Of a DNA stretch of 64,000 bases, positions 28,894-37,798 are shown piece by piece (position 1 is the first letter of the stretch; every line of letters begins with the position of its first letter). Source of the stretch: an uncultured Faecalibacterium sp. (GTDB lineage: Bacteria; Bacillota; Clostridia; Christensenellales; Aristaeellaceae); NCBI GenBank assembly GCA_964383815.1, contig CAYLIC010000003.1, positions 3,606-67,605 on the forward strand. The letters are read 5' to 3'. The notes under the pieces were generated by a model. That model ran no database searches. It saw nothing but the letters and a program-made list of their open reading frames with translations, and had not been told where the DNA came from. A program made the translations under genes and the position numbers.

Positions 28894-29883
28894 TTACTCG
28901 GCGGGCTTTTCGTAGGCCACGGTGGCTTCCTCAGCGCTGAGGACGGTCACATACAGGTCTTTCCCTGCATCGACCCGCAGGTCGGAGGTCTGCACACTGC
29001 CTTCATTGGCGTTGATAATCACGCTGTTAATCCAGCCGGGCACGGTGATGGCATACCAGCCGTCCTCACCGGCAGCCAGGGGATCGCCGGGCCAGGCGGC
29101 AAAGGCGTTGGTGCCGGAGGGATGCTCCCAGGCCCACAGGCAGGGTGCGGCCCAATCCTCGGGTACCTTGGCGTAAACGGTGATGTCCGCAGCCTTGGGG
29201 GCAGTAGGATCGTCATAGGTGACCTCCACGGCGCCGTCGGCAGCAACGGTGACCCACAGGTCGGCGGCATCCAGGTCCTTCAGGTCGGCGGTCTGCACGG
29301 TGCCGCCGTTGGCGCTGATGATGATGCAGTTGCACCAGACGGGCACATAGGCGGCATACCAGCCGTTCTCATTGGGCTTCATGCTGCGGCCGGGCCAGGC
29401 AGCAAAGGCGTTCTTGCCAGAGGGATCCTCCCAGGCCCAAAGGCCGGGGTTTTCCCAGGAGGCATCCACATGGGCATACACGGTGAAGTGCTGGCTGTAG
29501 GCAGGCGCTTCGCCGGTGGTCTGCGCCTCGAAGGACACAGCGGCGGTTTTGTTCTCCGCCACAGTAATCCAGGCGGACTGCTTGTCAATCTTGATTTCGT
29601 CAGTCTGCACACTGCCTTCATTGGCGTTGATAATCACGCTCTCCATGCCGGCAGGCAGGTAGATGTAGTACCAGCCTTCGTTGGCGGGGTCGGGCTCCAT
29701 CATGTCGCCGGGCCAGGCGGCAAAGGCGTTGGTTCCGTCGGCACTCCAGGCCCACACACAGGGCCAGGACCAATCCGCAGGCACTTGGGCGTATACCACC
29801 AGCATGTCGGCTTCCTCTGCCATGGCGGGCAGCATGGGCAGCAGCATGAGGCAAAGCAGCAGGGCAACCAGTTTCTTCATCAT
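28894..29883 (-). CDS. Secreted non-catalytic starch-binding protein with three tandem CBM25/26-like modules
   Basis: Signal MKKLVALLLCLMLLPMLPAMA. Three ~100-aa repeats with W.WAW....NAFAAWPG..M....GWY...P......IINANxGxVQT.D. AAGGAGG SD. Confidence 0.75.
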   Translation of the reverse strand: MMKKLVALLLCLMLLPMLPAMAEEADMLVVYAQVPADWSWPCVWAWSADGTNAFAAWPGDMMEPDPANEGWYYIYLPAGMESVIINANEGSVQTDEIKIDKQSAWITVAENKTAAVSFEAQTTGEAPAYSQHFTVYAHVDASWENPGLWAWEDPSGKNAFAAWPGRSMKPNENGWYAAYVPVWCNCIIISANGGTVQTADLKDLDAADLWVTVAADGAVEVTYDDPTAPKAADITVYAKVPEDWAAPCLWAWEHPSGTNAFAAWPGDPLAAGEDGWYAITVPGWINSVIINANEGSVQTSDLRVDAGKDLYVTVLSAEEATVAYEKPAE

Positions 29884-29927
29884 CGTTTCCTCCTTTTTTC
29901 TGGTCATAACGGGTATGCTGTAATTCA

Positions 29928-29955
29928 AGTATATCCCACCCAAAAGGAAAGTCAA
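29928..29955 (-). promoter_or_regulatory. Sigma-70-type promoter of the CBM protein gene
   Basis: Minus strand TTGACT-16 nt-TATACT. Confidence 0.5.
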
Positions 29956-29965
29956 CAGGAAAGAA

Positions 29966-29979
29966 GGAAACCGGTTTCC
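29966..29979. promoter_or_regulatory. Perfect 14-bp palindrome GGAAACCGGTTTCC (LacI/CcpA-type operator candidate)
   Basis: Seen directly. It matches 12/14 positions of the cre-like pattern TGWAANCGNTNWCA and lies 10 bp upstream of the -35. Confidence 0.5.
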
Positions 29980-30114
29980 ACTGCAAAAGCCTTGAAAATC
30001 AACGGTTCTGCGGAATGGTGGAGGCGAAGGCCAACGGGTGTTTCTCCCGGCTGCCGGGCAAAAAAAGGCAGGACAGCCCTTTGGGAGCCACCCTGCCCGG
30101 GAGGATTATTCGGT

Positions 30115-32040
30115 TTATCCGCGCACCCTGCGCCGGTCGTTCCACAGCCAGAGCAGCGCCATCAGGCAGGCCAGGCTGATGCCAGCCAGCGCGACCACGG
30201 GGAAGCCATCGCCCGTGGCAGGCATGGCATTGGTGACGATGAAATCATAGCTGCACTGGATGGAGCCATCCTCCCTGCACTGGAAGGTGGCGGTCAGCTT
30301 ATGCTGTCCGGTGGCCAGGCCGGCAAGCGCCTGCCGGGCAATGGTTATGGTGCAGGCATCGGTGGTCTCCTCCATGGTCATGCTCTTGGGGGAAACGGTA
30401 ACGCCGTCAATCTCGATGGTGTAGGCTACCACATCGTTGGGATCGCCAAAGGAAACCTCCATGGGGCCGTTGCCGTCCCAGGTCAGGCGATCATCGTCCA
30501 CCGTGCTGGCAACAAGCGCCGTTTCATCCATGGGATCGCTGACCGTGGGCTGCTTGATGCCAATGCTGATGTAGTTTGTGCTCTTGGGCATTTCGGAGCT
30601 CTTGAAGTGGTAGTATACCAGCGGCTCCAGATGGGGCTTGTCCAGGCTGCCGCCGGTCTTCTGGTTGCGAACCATGTGGGCCTCCACACTGTCGGCCGAA
30701 AAGGTTCTGCCACAGTAATACAGGGGATAGGCGTCGCTGGGCCGGATTACAAAGGACCAGCTGTTGTTTGCACCGGGGATTTTGGGCATGGCGGCATCAC
30801 CGAAGAAAATGTCGTACAGGGTTTTCTTTCCGCCGTAATCGTTGTAGATGGTAGCCAGCTGGTCGTAGGTAATCAGCTGCTGATTCTTTCCGTTGTAGGT
30901 GGTAACGGGCTTCCAGAAGGGCGCATAGGGCCTGTTTACAAGGGAGCCGTGCTCGCCGCGCGCCCGCAACGCACCCTGCGGGCCTTCCTTTGTCATCTCG
31001 TAGCGGTTGAAATTGAGGGTACCCTTCTTGGGGTTATCCTGGGGGACGGGGGTCTTCTTAGCCAGGTAGAAAACCATTTCGTGGCCGGGCACCCAGTAAT
31101 ACCTGTCGCTGGTGCGCTCCTGAATGACCTGAATGGTGCTGATCTTCTTGATGTAATCGTCCAGCTTCGCCAGCTGCTGCTTCAGCACGGCGGCGGAGGC
31201 GCGATCCTTGGGGTGAGCGGCGTTCCACTCATCAATCTCCTCGATACGGGCGCACAGGGAGAGCTTATCCACCGTGGCTGCCGCCACAAAGCCTGCCAGC
31301 GCATTGGCCTCGAACTCGAGAATCTCTTCATAGGCCTGGTTTTCCCACTTATAGTTGCCGGAAAGGCGCACGGACTCGTAATACATGTCGAACAGGGTGC
31401 CAAAGTCGCCGTTGGCCATGCGCATCCTGGTTAGCAGGTATTGGGCATAGGTGATGGCCCGGGTGTCAAAATCGCTGATGGAGCCGGTGGGCTTCAGGCC
31501 TGCCTGCCGCTTGGGAATCACATAGAGCAGGGTGTTTTTGCGGTCCTGGGCTGCGATATCAGCGGCATCTGCCAGGGCCTTTGCCTTCGCGGCAGGATCC
31601 TTGATGGCCTCCGCATCCTTTTTTGCCTTCGCCAGCTCCTGGTCAATATCCTTCAGTGCGTTGAAGGCGATCTGTCCTTCGTCCTGCCAGGTCCACTTGA
31701 CGAAGCCGTTGATTTCCGACAGGAGGGAACTGGAAACCACCTCGTGGTCCAGCTTGTCAATATGCCGGCTGATGGCCTCGTTGCTCTCCAGCAGCGCCTC
31801 CAGCTTGGAAGCGACGCCGTCGTCTGGCTGATTGGCGCCAAAGGTCATCGCGTAAAAGGAGTCCAGGCCCCAGTTGATGGCCTTGGTTCCGGCTGCCTGA
31901 GCGGCCTTGGTCAGAATCCAGTTGATCAGCGCCGCCGTGGTCAAAGCGCTGTTGCTGGCGGAACCCTCTGCCAGGGCGGCAGTGCCGCTGCCCGTAACCA
32001 GCAGGACAATGGTGAGCAAAAGTGCAAATGCCCTTTTCAT
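30115..32040 (-). CDS. Uncharacterised secreted protein with a sortase-type C-terminal anchor
   Basis: Signal MKRAFALLLTIVLLVTGSGTAALA. Helix-rich N-terminal half. C-terminus NAMPATGDG-FPVVALAGISLACLMALLWLW-NDRRRVRG (xPxTG, hydrophobic helix, basic tail). AAGGAGG SD. Confidence 0.6.
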   Translation of the reverse strand: MKRAFALLLTIVLLVTGSGTAALAEGSASNSALTTAALINWILTKAAQAAGTKAINWGLDSFYAMTFGANQPDDGVASKLEALLESNEAISRHIDKLDHEVVSSSLLSEINGFVKWTWQDEGQIAFNALKDIDQELAKAKKDAEAIKDPAAKAKALADAADIAAQDRKNTLLYVIPKRQAGLKPTGSISDFDTRAITYAQYLLTRMRMANGDFGTLFDMYYESVRLSGNYKWENQAYEEILEFEANALAGFVAAATVDKLSLCARIEEIDEWNAAHPKDRASAAVLKQQLAKLDDYIKKISTIQVIQERTSDRYYWVPGHEMVFYLAKKTPVPQDNPKKGTLNFNRYEMTKEGPQGALRARGEHGSLVNRPYAPFWKPVTTYNGKNQQLITYDQLATIYNDYGGKKTLYDIFFGDAAMPKIPGANNSWSFVIRPSDAYPLYYCGRTFSADSVEAHMVRNQKTGGSLDKPHLEPLVYYHFKSSEMPKSTNYISIGIKQPTVSDPMDETALVASTVDDDRLTWDGNGPMEVSFGDPNDVVAYTIEIDGVTVSPKSMTMEETTDACTITIARQALAGLATGQHKLTATFQCREDGSIQCSYDFIVTNAMPATGDGFPVVALAGISLACLMALLWLWNDRRRVRG

Positions 32041-32188
32041 CCGTGTTTCCTCCTTTTTTGATACCCACATCCCCGCAGCTGTGTAAAATGGGACAAAAAC
32101 GCCCATATGCCATTATAGCATACGGGCATGCAAATTGTGTTACGCAATAGTTGTTTTTTTCTATAATTCCGGTAATATTTTGCCAGCA

Positions 32189-32818
32189 TCAGCCCAGCAG
32201 GTTGTGCAGAAGCGGCACCAGCTCCATGGGGGAACTGACCCGGTAGTCCGCCTGGGCGTATTCGGCCTCATTGCCAAAGCCATAGCAGGCTGCCACCGTG
32301 GGCACGGCATTGGCCTTGCCAGCCAGAATGTCGCTGAGCCTGTCGCCCACCATGACGCAGCGGGAAGGCAGCAGCTCGGACAGCATGTCGCCCAGCACCT
32401 GCGGCTTGGTTTTGCCGGGAATGCAGCCTTGCATCCGGGTGAAGAAGCCATCCAGCCCGGTGAATTTGGCGGAGAAGTTCAGGTACTCCTGCAATCCATT
32501 GCTGACCACCACCATGTCCGCCAGGGGGCGAAGGGCGCAGAGCATTTCCTCCACACCGGGGAACAGCGTGAGTGTTTGGGCAATCAGCTCCATTTCGCAG
32601 GCGGTGCGGGTGCGGCGGTATTCCTCCGCCCGCTCCGGGGGAACGCCCAGCATGGGTACAGTTTCCTCATAGGTTGGGCCGTTGCAGGCGCGGAGGGTGG
32701 CCTCGTCCACGGGGGGAAGGCCCATGCGCTCCAGGGTCAGGCTCACCTCCCGGATGCACAGCTCCATGCTGTCACCCAGGGTGCCATCCCAGTCGAAGAA
32801 GATAATCGGTCTGTTCAT
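32189..32818 (-). CDS. HAD-superfamily hydrolase (phosphoglycolate phosphatase-like)
   Basis: MNRPIIFFDWDGTLGDS (DxDGT motif I)...VSNG...GDRLSDI. Confidence 0.8.
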   Translation of the reverse strand: MNRPIIFFDWDGTLGDSMELCIREVSLTLERMGLPPVDEATLRACNGPTYEETVPMLGVPPERAEEYRRTRTACEMELIAQTLTLFPGVEEMLCALRPLADMVVVSNGLQEYLNFSAKFTGLDGFFTRMQGCIPGKTKPQVLGDMLSELLPSRCVMVGDRLSDILAGKANAVPTVAACYGFGNEAEYAQADYRVSSPMELVPLLHNLLG

Positions 32819-32821
32819 GCT

Positions 32822-33244
32822 TTACTTCCTTTTCAGCACCAATCGCTTGGTGAAATAGTTCCACACCATCACCAGAAGGGTGGAGATGATTTTGGCAACC
32901 ATGTAGTGGATGCTCATGACACCGGTCATCAGCCACATGAAAAGCTCGTTCAGGCCCAGGCCGATGCCGCTGGTCAGCAGGAAGGAGGCCTTTACCCCGG
33001 CACCGCCATCCTGGGCGCCTGTGAACACCCACCTGATGCAAATGACATAGTTGGCGACAACGGAAATCAGGAAGGCAATGCCGGTGGCGATGAGCACCGG
33101 CAGGTGCAGCAGCTCCACCATCAGCGTCAGGCAGAGAAACTCCAGCACAAAGCATATGCCGCCGGTGAAGGCGAAGCGGAAGATTTCTGCCAGCTGAGGA
33201 AAACGGTCAGCCAGGGACTGCAGCTTGCAAAGTAGCTTTTTCAT
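32822..33244 (-). CDS. GtrA family membrane protein
   Basis: 140 aa; EIFRFAFTGGICFVLEFLCLTLMVE...ISVVANYVICIRWVF...VWNYFTKRLV. Confidence 0.8.
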   Translation of the reverse strand: MKKLLCKLQSLADRFPQLAEIFRFAFTGGICFVLEFLCLTLMVELLHLPVLIATGIAFLISVVANYVICIRWVFTGAQDGGAGVKASFLLTSGIGLGLNELFMWLMTGVMSIHYMVAKIISTLLVMVWNYFTKRLVLKRK

Positions 33245-33246
33245 GA

Positions 33247-36200
33247 TCAGCGCTCCTTCATCTTCACATTTTCCTGGCCCAGGATGGTGTACAGGCGCTT
33301 CAGGCAGTCCTCCGTGCCATCGCACCAGCTGAGCCTGGGTGCCAGCAGGGTGACTTTCTCCTCCGGCAGGTGCAGGTACACCGGCACGCTGCCCGGGTGC
33401 AGGGAAAGCAGGGTGGTAACCCTGTCCATCATGCTGCGCTCCAGCTTGATGAACAGCTTTCGCTGGGCCTGCTGGGCAGCCTGCGCATCGGTCATCGGCG
33501 GCTGGGAGCGCTGGGCGGGCGCCCTGGAGGCAAGCGGCTTCCACTCCTCCAGGGGAACCACCCTGTCCACCAGCAGCTTGGGGGATTCTTCCTCCCGGAT
33601 GGACAGCTTGCCGTAGAGCACCACCAAATCATCAGCTGCCATCATGCCCTGGTAACGTTCGTACACCTTGGGGAACACCAGGCACTCAATCTGCCCGGTT
33701 AAATCCTCCAGGGTAACAAAGCCCATGTAAGCGCCCTTCTTGGTGGCCTTGCCCTTGACCTCCGTCAGGATGCCGCCCATTTCCACGGCCCGGCCATCCA
33801 GGGCGAAGCCGTGATCCTCCCACTCCTCCATGCCTTCCAGGTCGGCGGTGGAGAAGGGCAGCTCCGCCAGAATGTCCCGGTAATCGTCCAGGGGATGCCC
33901 GGTGATGTACACGCCGGACACTTCCTTTTCAATGGCCAGGCGGGTGCGCAGGGGGAAATCCGGAATGTCCGGCAGGGGTGTGTGGGCCTCCAGCAGGGGC
34001 GCATCATCCCCGAAGGTCATATCGAACAGGCTCAGCTGCCCGGCAACATTCTGCTTATACCGGCTGATGGAGGCATCAATGGCGGACTCGAACACGGCAA
34101 GCATCTGCGTGCGCCTGGCGCCGGAGAAATCGAAGGCACCGGCGCGGATCAGGTTTTCCACGGCCCGCTTGTTGCACAGGCTGGGATCGAAACGGTGGCA
34201 GAAATCGAAAATATCCTTGAAGGGCCCGCCGGCGCTGCGCTCCCGCATGATGGATTCCACCGCACCCTGGCCCACGGTTTTCACCGCACCCAGGCCAAAC
34301 AGGATGCCCAGGGAGCCATCCTCCTGCCGCTGAACGGTGAACTTCCAGCCGGAGTGGTTCACGTCCGGCGGCAGAATGTCAATGCCTTTGCTGCGGCAAT
34401 ACTGGATGTACCCGGCAATCTTCCCCGGGTTGCCATACACGCTGTTGAGCATGGCTGCCATGAAGGGCACAGGGTGGTACCGCTTCAGCCAGCCTGTCTG
34501 CACGGCGACAACCGCATATGCCGCCGCGTGGGACTTGTTGAAGGCGTAGGAGGCGAAGGAAATCATCTCATCGTAGATATGGTTGGCAACATCCTCCGGC
34601 ACACCGTTGCGGATGCAGCCGGGGATGGACACGGTGCCATCCGCCTCCACCATGCCATGGACGAAGAACTCCCGCTCCTGCTCCATCACCTTGTGCTTCT
34701 TTTTTGCCATGGCACGGCGCACCAGGTCGCTGCGGCCGTAGGAATAGCCTGCCAGGTCGCGGACAATCTGCATCACCTGCTCCTGGTATACCATGCAGCC
34801 GTAGGTCACGTCCAGAATGGGGCGCAGGAGAGGCGTTTCGTACTGGACGGAGGAGGGATCCATCTTGCCCTGGATGTAGCGGGGAATGGAATCCATGGGC
34901 CCGGGACGATACAGGGAAATGGCGGCGATAACATCCTCAAAGCAGGCAGGCTTCATGCTGGTGAGGAAGCTGGTCATGCCGCTGCCCTCCAGCTGGAAAA
35001 CGCCATTGGTGTCCCCGGAGGAAATCATTTCATACACGGCAGGATCGTCCAGGGGGATGTCCTCGGGCCTCATGACCACACCCTGCAGGCGCATCATGTC
35101 CAGCGTGTCACGGATAACGGTCAGGGTGCGCAGGCCCAGGAAGTCCATTTTCAAAAGGCCCAGCCGCTCAATGGTGGTCATGGGGTATTGGGTGGTAATC
35201 ACCTCGTCGTTCCTTTGCAGGGGAACGTATTCCATCACGGGTTTGCCGGTAATCAGCACACCGGCGGCGTGGGTGGAGGCGTGGCGGGGCATGCCCTCCA
35301 GGGTCATGGCGGTGTCAATCAGGCGCTTAACCCCGCTCTGCTCCTCATACATGGCTTTCAGCATGGGGGAGAGCTTCAGCGCCTTTTCCAGGGTCATGCC
35401 CAGGTCGAAGGGAATGGCCTTGGCAACCGCGTCCACGTCCTGGTAGCTCATGCCCAGCACCCGGCCCACGTCCCGCACAACACCCTTGGCAGCCATGGTG
35501 CCGAAGGTGATAATCTGGCTCACATGGTCGGCGCCGTACTTCCGGGCCACATAGTCAATCACCTCCTGCCGGCGCTCGTAGCAGAAGTCCACGTCGATAT
35601 CCGGCATGGTGACTCGTTCCGGGTTTAGAAAGCGTTCGAACAGGAGCTGGTATTTCAGGGGATCCAGCATGGTGATGCCCAGGGAGTACGCCACAATGGA
35701 GCCTGCGCCGCTGCCGCGCCCCGGGCCTACCATAATGCCATGGCTCTTGGCGTAGTGGATGAAGTCCCACACGATGAGGAAGTAATCCACATACCCCATG
35801 CCGGTGATAACGCCCAGCTCGTACTTCAGCCGGGTGTAGGGCTCATCGCCGTCTTTGGCGCTGGGATACAGCCTGGCAATGCCCTCCCGGCACAGCCGGG
35901 TGAGCATCTCCAGGGCGGTTTCCCCGGTGGGAACAGGGTACTGGGGCAGGCGGGTGACCCCAAACTCGAAGGTGACGTTGCAGCGCTGAGCAATCTCGTG
36001 GCTGCGGTCAACGGCCTCGGGGCAGGCACGGAACAGCTGGCGCATTTCCTCCTCGCTCTTCACATAGAGCTGGGTGGTTTCCATGCGCATGCGGGATGTA
36101 TCGTCCAGGGTTTTGCCGGTCTGGATGCACATGAGCACTTCCTGGGCGGCAGCATCCTTCTCCTCCAGGTAATGGCAGTCGTTGGTGGCAACCAGGGGCA

Positions 36201-36786
36201 CGTCCATCTCGTGGGCAATCTGAATCAGCCTGGGCAGCACCAGCTTTTCCTCGCGGATGCCGTGATCCATAATCTCCACATAGAAGTTGTCTCTGCCGAA
36301 AATGTCCTGCATTTCCCGCACATAGGCGCGGGCCGCGTCCCACTGGTCGTTCAGGAGCAGCTTGGGCAGGTCGCCGGAAAGGCAGGCGGAGAGGCAAATC
36401 AGTCCCTCGTGGTGCTGGCGGATAAGGCTGTAGTCAATCCTGGGGCGGTAGTAATAGCCGGTGAGGAACCCCTCGGAAATCAGGTGCATCAGGTTCTGGT
36501 AGCCGGTGTTGTTTTCGCACAGGAGAATCAGGTGGCTGTACTCCCGGTTCATGGCGGATTTGTCCAGCCTGTCCCGGCACACATAGGCCTCGCAGCCGAT
36601 GATGGGCTTCAGGCCTGCGTCCTTCATGGCGGAATAGAAGTCAATCACGCCGTACATCACGCCGTGATCGGTAATGGCGCAGCTGTCCATGCCCAGGGCC
36701 TTCACCTTTTCCACCAGCCTGGGGATGCGGCATGCGCCATCCAGCAGGCTGTATTCCGTGTGCAAATGCAGGTGTGTAAAGCTCAT
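33247..36786 (-). CDS. dnaE: DNA polymerase III alpha subunit (DnaE type)
   Basis: MSFTHLHLHTEYSLLDG (PHP domain)...GPGRGSGAGSIVAYSLGIT...MPDIDVDF..., ~1179 aa. Confidence 0.95.
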   Translation of the reverse strand: MSFTHLHLHTEYSLLDGACRIPRLVEKVKALGMDSCAITDHGVMYGVIDFYSAMKDAGLKPIIGCEAYVCRDRLDKSAMNREYSHLILLCENNTGYQNLMHLISEGFLTGYYYRPRIDYSLIRQHHEGLICLSACLSGDLPKLLLNDQWDAARAYVREMQDIFGRDNFYVEIMDHGIREEKLVLPRLIQIAHEMDVPLVATNDCHYLEEKDAAAQEVLMCIQTGKTLDDTSRMRMETTQLYVKSEEEMRQLFRACPEAVDRSHEIAQRCNVTFEFGVTRLPQYPVPTGETALEMLTRLCREGIARLYPSAKDGDEPYTRLKYELGVITGMGYVDYFLIVWDFIHYAKSHGIMVGPGRGSGAGSIVAYSLGITMLDPLKYQLLFERFLNPERVTMPDIDVDFCYERRQEVIDYVARKYGADHVSQIITFGTMAAKGVVRDVGRVLGMSYQDVDAVAKAIPFDLGMTLEKALKLSPMLKAMYEEQSGVKRLIDTAMTLEGMPRHASTHAAGVLITGKPVMEYVPLQRNDEVITTQYPMTTIERLGLLKMDFLGLRTLTVIRDTLDMMRLQGVVMRPEDIPLDDPAVYEMISSGDTNGVFQLEGSGMTSFLTSMKPACFEDVIAAISLYRPGPMDSIPRYIQGKMDPSSVQYETPLLRPILDVTYGCMVYQEQVMQIVRDLAGYSYGRSDLVRRAMAKKKHKVMEQEREFFVHGMVEADGTVSIPGCIRNGVPEDVANHIYDEMISFASYAFNKSHAAAYAVVAVQTGWLKRYHPVPFMAAMLNSVYGNPGKIAGYIQYCRSKGIDILPPDVNHSGWKFTVQRQEDGSLGILFGLGAVKTVGQGAVESIMRERSAGGPFKDIFDFCHRFDPSLCNKRAVENLIRAGAFDFSGARRTQMLAVFESAIDASISRYKQNVAGQLSLFDMTFGDDAPLLEAHTPLPDIPDFPLRTRLAIEKEVSGVYITGHPLDDYRDILAELPFSTADLEGMEEWEDHGFALDGRAVEMGGILTEVKGKATKKGAYMGFVTLEDLTGQIECLVFPKVYERYQGMMAADDLVVLYGKLSIREEESPKLLVDRVVPLEEWKPLASRAPAQRSQPPMTDAQAAQQAQRKLFIKLERSMMDRVTTLLSLHPGSVPVYLHLPEEKVTLLAPRLSWCDGTEDCLKRLYTILGQENVKMKER

Positions 36787-36851
36787 GCCAACCTCCTTGA
36801 GTGCAAATCTTCTCATGTTCCATTATAGCGGGAGAAGCACACTTTTGCAAC

Positions 36852-36879
36852 AAAAAGAAGCGGCGAAAAACCGCCGCTT
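36852..36879 (-). terminator. Intrinsic terminator after the 36895 gene
   Basis: AAGCGGCG-AAAAAC-CGCCGCTT with a T-tract on the minus strand. Confidence 0.6.
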
Positions 36880-36894
36880 AAGAGGAACTGAGCT

Positions 36895-37641
36895 TTACTT
36901 CACCGGGCGAATAAGAATCAGGGGTGTCAATTCCCCGCCCTGGCCGCAGGGGTTGTCCTTCAGTGCGTCCTGGATCTGCCCGTCCGTCAGGGGGAAGCCA
37001 TCGCACTTGCCCAGCTGGTTCTGGTCGATGTCGTTGGCATCCATGATCACCACGGGCATGCCGGTGTTCTTCGCCATTTCGTTGGACAGGGCCACAGGGT
37101 TTTCCGGGTTGATGAGGGCCAGGGTCTTGTACCGCTCGAAGCTGGAGCGGAAGTAGAAGCCGTCAATGCCCGCCACGCCGTGTCCGCAGATTTTGTAGAA
37201 CAGGCCCTTCACGCCGAAAGGCCGGGTAATGGCGGAAACAAAGCCAGCCAGCAGCACCCTGGGCAGGCCCACCATGTCAATCACCAGCTGGAGCTTGTAG
37301 GGCTCGTGCATGCCAACGCCGGTGGAGTTGATGCCGGCAAACCGGGCCATCAGCTTGGCAAAGAAGCCCAGCCTCATGTCCTCCATCTTCTTCACGTTGC
37401 CGGTGCACATGGCCATCACCTTGGCGGTAATGGCAACGCAGTCCCCATTCTGGTACAGGGGACGGACGTACTTCTCCAGCAGGGCGGATGCATCCTCGCC
37501 CACCTCGACAAAGTGGGTCTGAATGGCATAGCGGTCATACCGGGCGCCGTCCCTGCCCGTCAGGCGACCCCGGTCGAAATACACAAGGCCGTCCTGCTCA
37601 CGGCGCTGTTCATCAAGGTTGCGGGAAGCTGCATTACCCAT
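36895..37641 (-). CDS. CofE-like (F420-0:gamma-glutamyl ligase fold, PF01996-like) protein, short paralogue
   Basis: 248 aa; YAIQTHFVEVGEDASALLEKYVRPLYQNGDCVAITAKVMAMCTGNV parallels the CofE N-terminal pattern (I.P..I..GDDL......L..GD.vvv..KivSKaEG). AAGGAGG is 8 nt before the ATG at 37641. Confidence 0.55.
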   Translation of the reverse strand: MGNAASRNLDEQRREQDGLVYFDRGRLTGRDGARYDRYAIQTHFVEVGEDASALLEKYVRPLYQNGDCVAITAKVMAMCTGNVKKMEDMRLGFFAKLMARFAGINSTGVGMHEPYKLQLVIDMVGLPRVLLAGFVSAITRPFGVKGLFYKICGHGVAGIDGFYFRSSFERYKTLALINPENPVALSNEMAKNTGMPVVIMDANDIDQNQLGKCDGFPLTDGQIQDALKDNPCGQGGELTPLILIRPVK

Positions 37642-37682
37642 CTCAAGTGCCTCCTTACAATAGCTTCGTTCCATACCTGCCT

Positions 37683-37711
37683 ATTGTACAACGCTTTCCC
37701 AGCCCTGTCAA
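37683..37711 (-). promoter_or_regulatory. Sigma-70-type promoter of the short CofE-like gene
   Basis: Minus strand TTGACA-17 nt-TACAAT. Confidence 0.55.
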
Positions 37712-37749
37712 ATTTATCTTCCGCCGGGAAAAAGCGAAATATGCACCCA

Positions 37750-37780
37750 AAGGAAAACCCGCCCCGGTGACGGAGCGGGC
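37750..37780 (-). terminator. Intrinsic terminator after the long CofE-like gene
   Basis: Minus strand CCCGCTCCGTCACCGGGGCGGG followed by TTTTCCTTT. Confidence 0.55.
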
Positions 37781-37798
37781 CTGCAGGCGCAATGCCGG

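Noticed and set aside
28840-31434. 864-aa plus-strand ORF
   Set aside because: It is antisense to the CBM protein and the wall-anchored protein genes. It has G/H/V-rich low complexity and crosses an intergenic terminator/promoter region, which a real gene would not do.
33811-35628. 605-aa plus-strand ORF inside dnaE
   Set aside because: It is antisense to dnaE, whose PHP and polymerase motifs are unambiguous. It is a shadow ORF.
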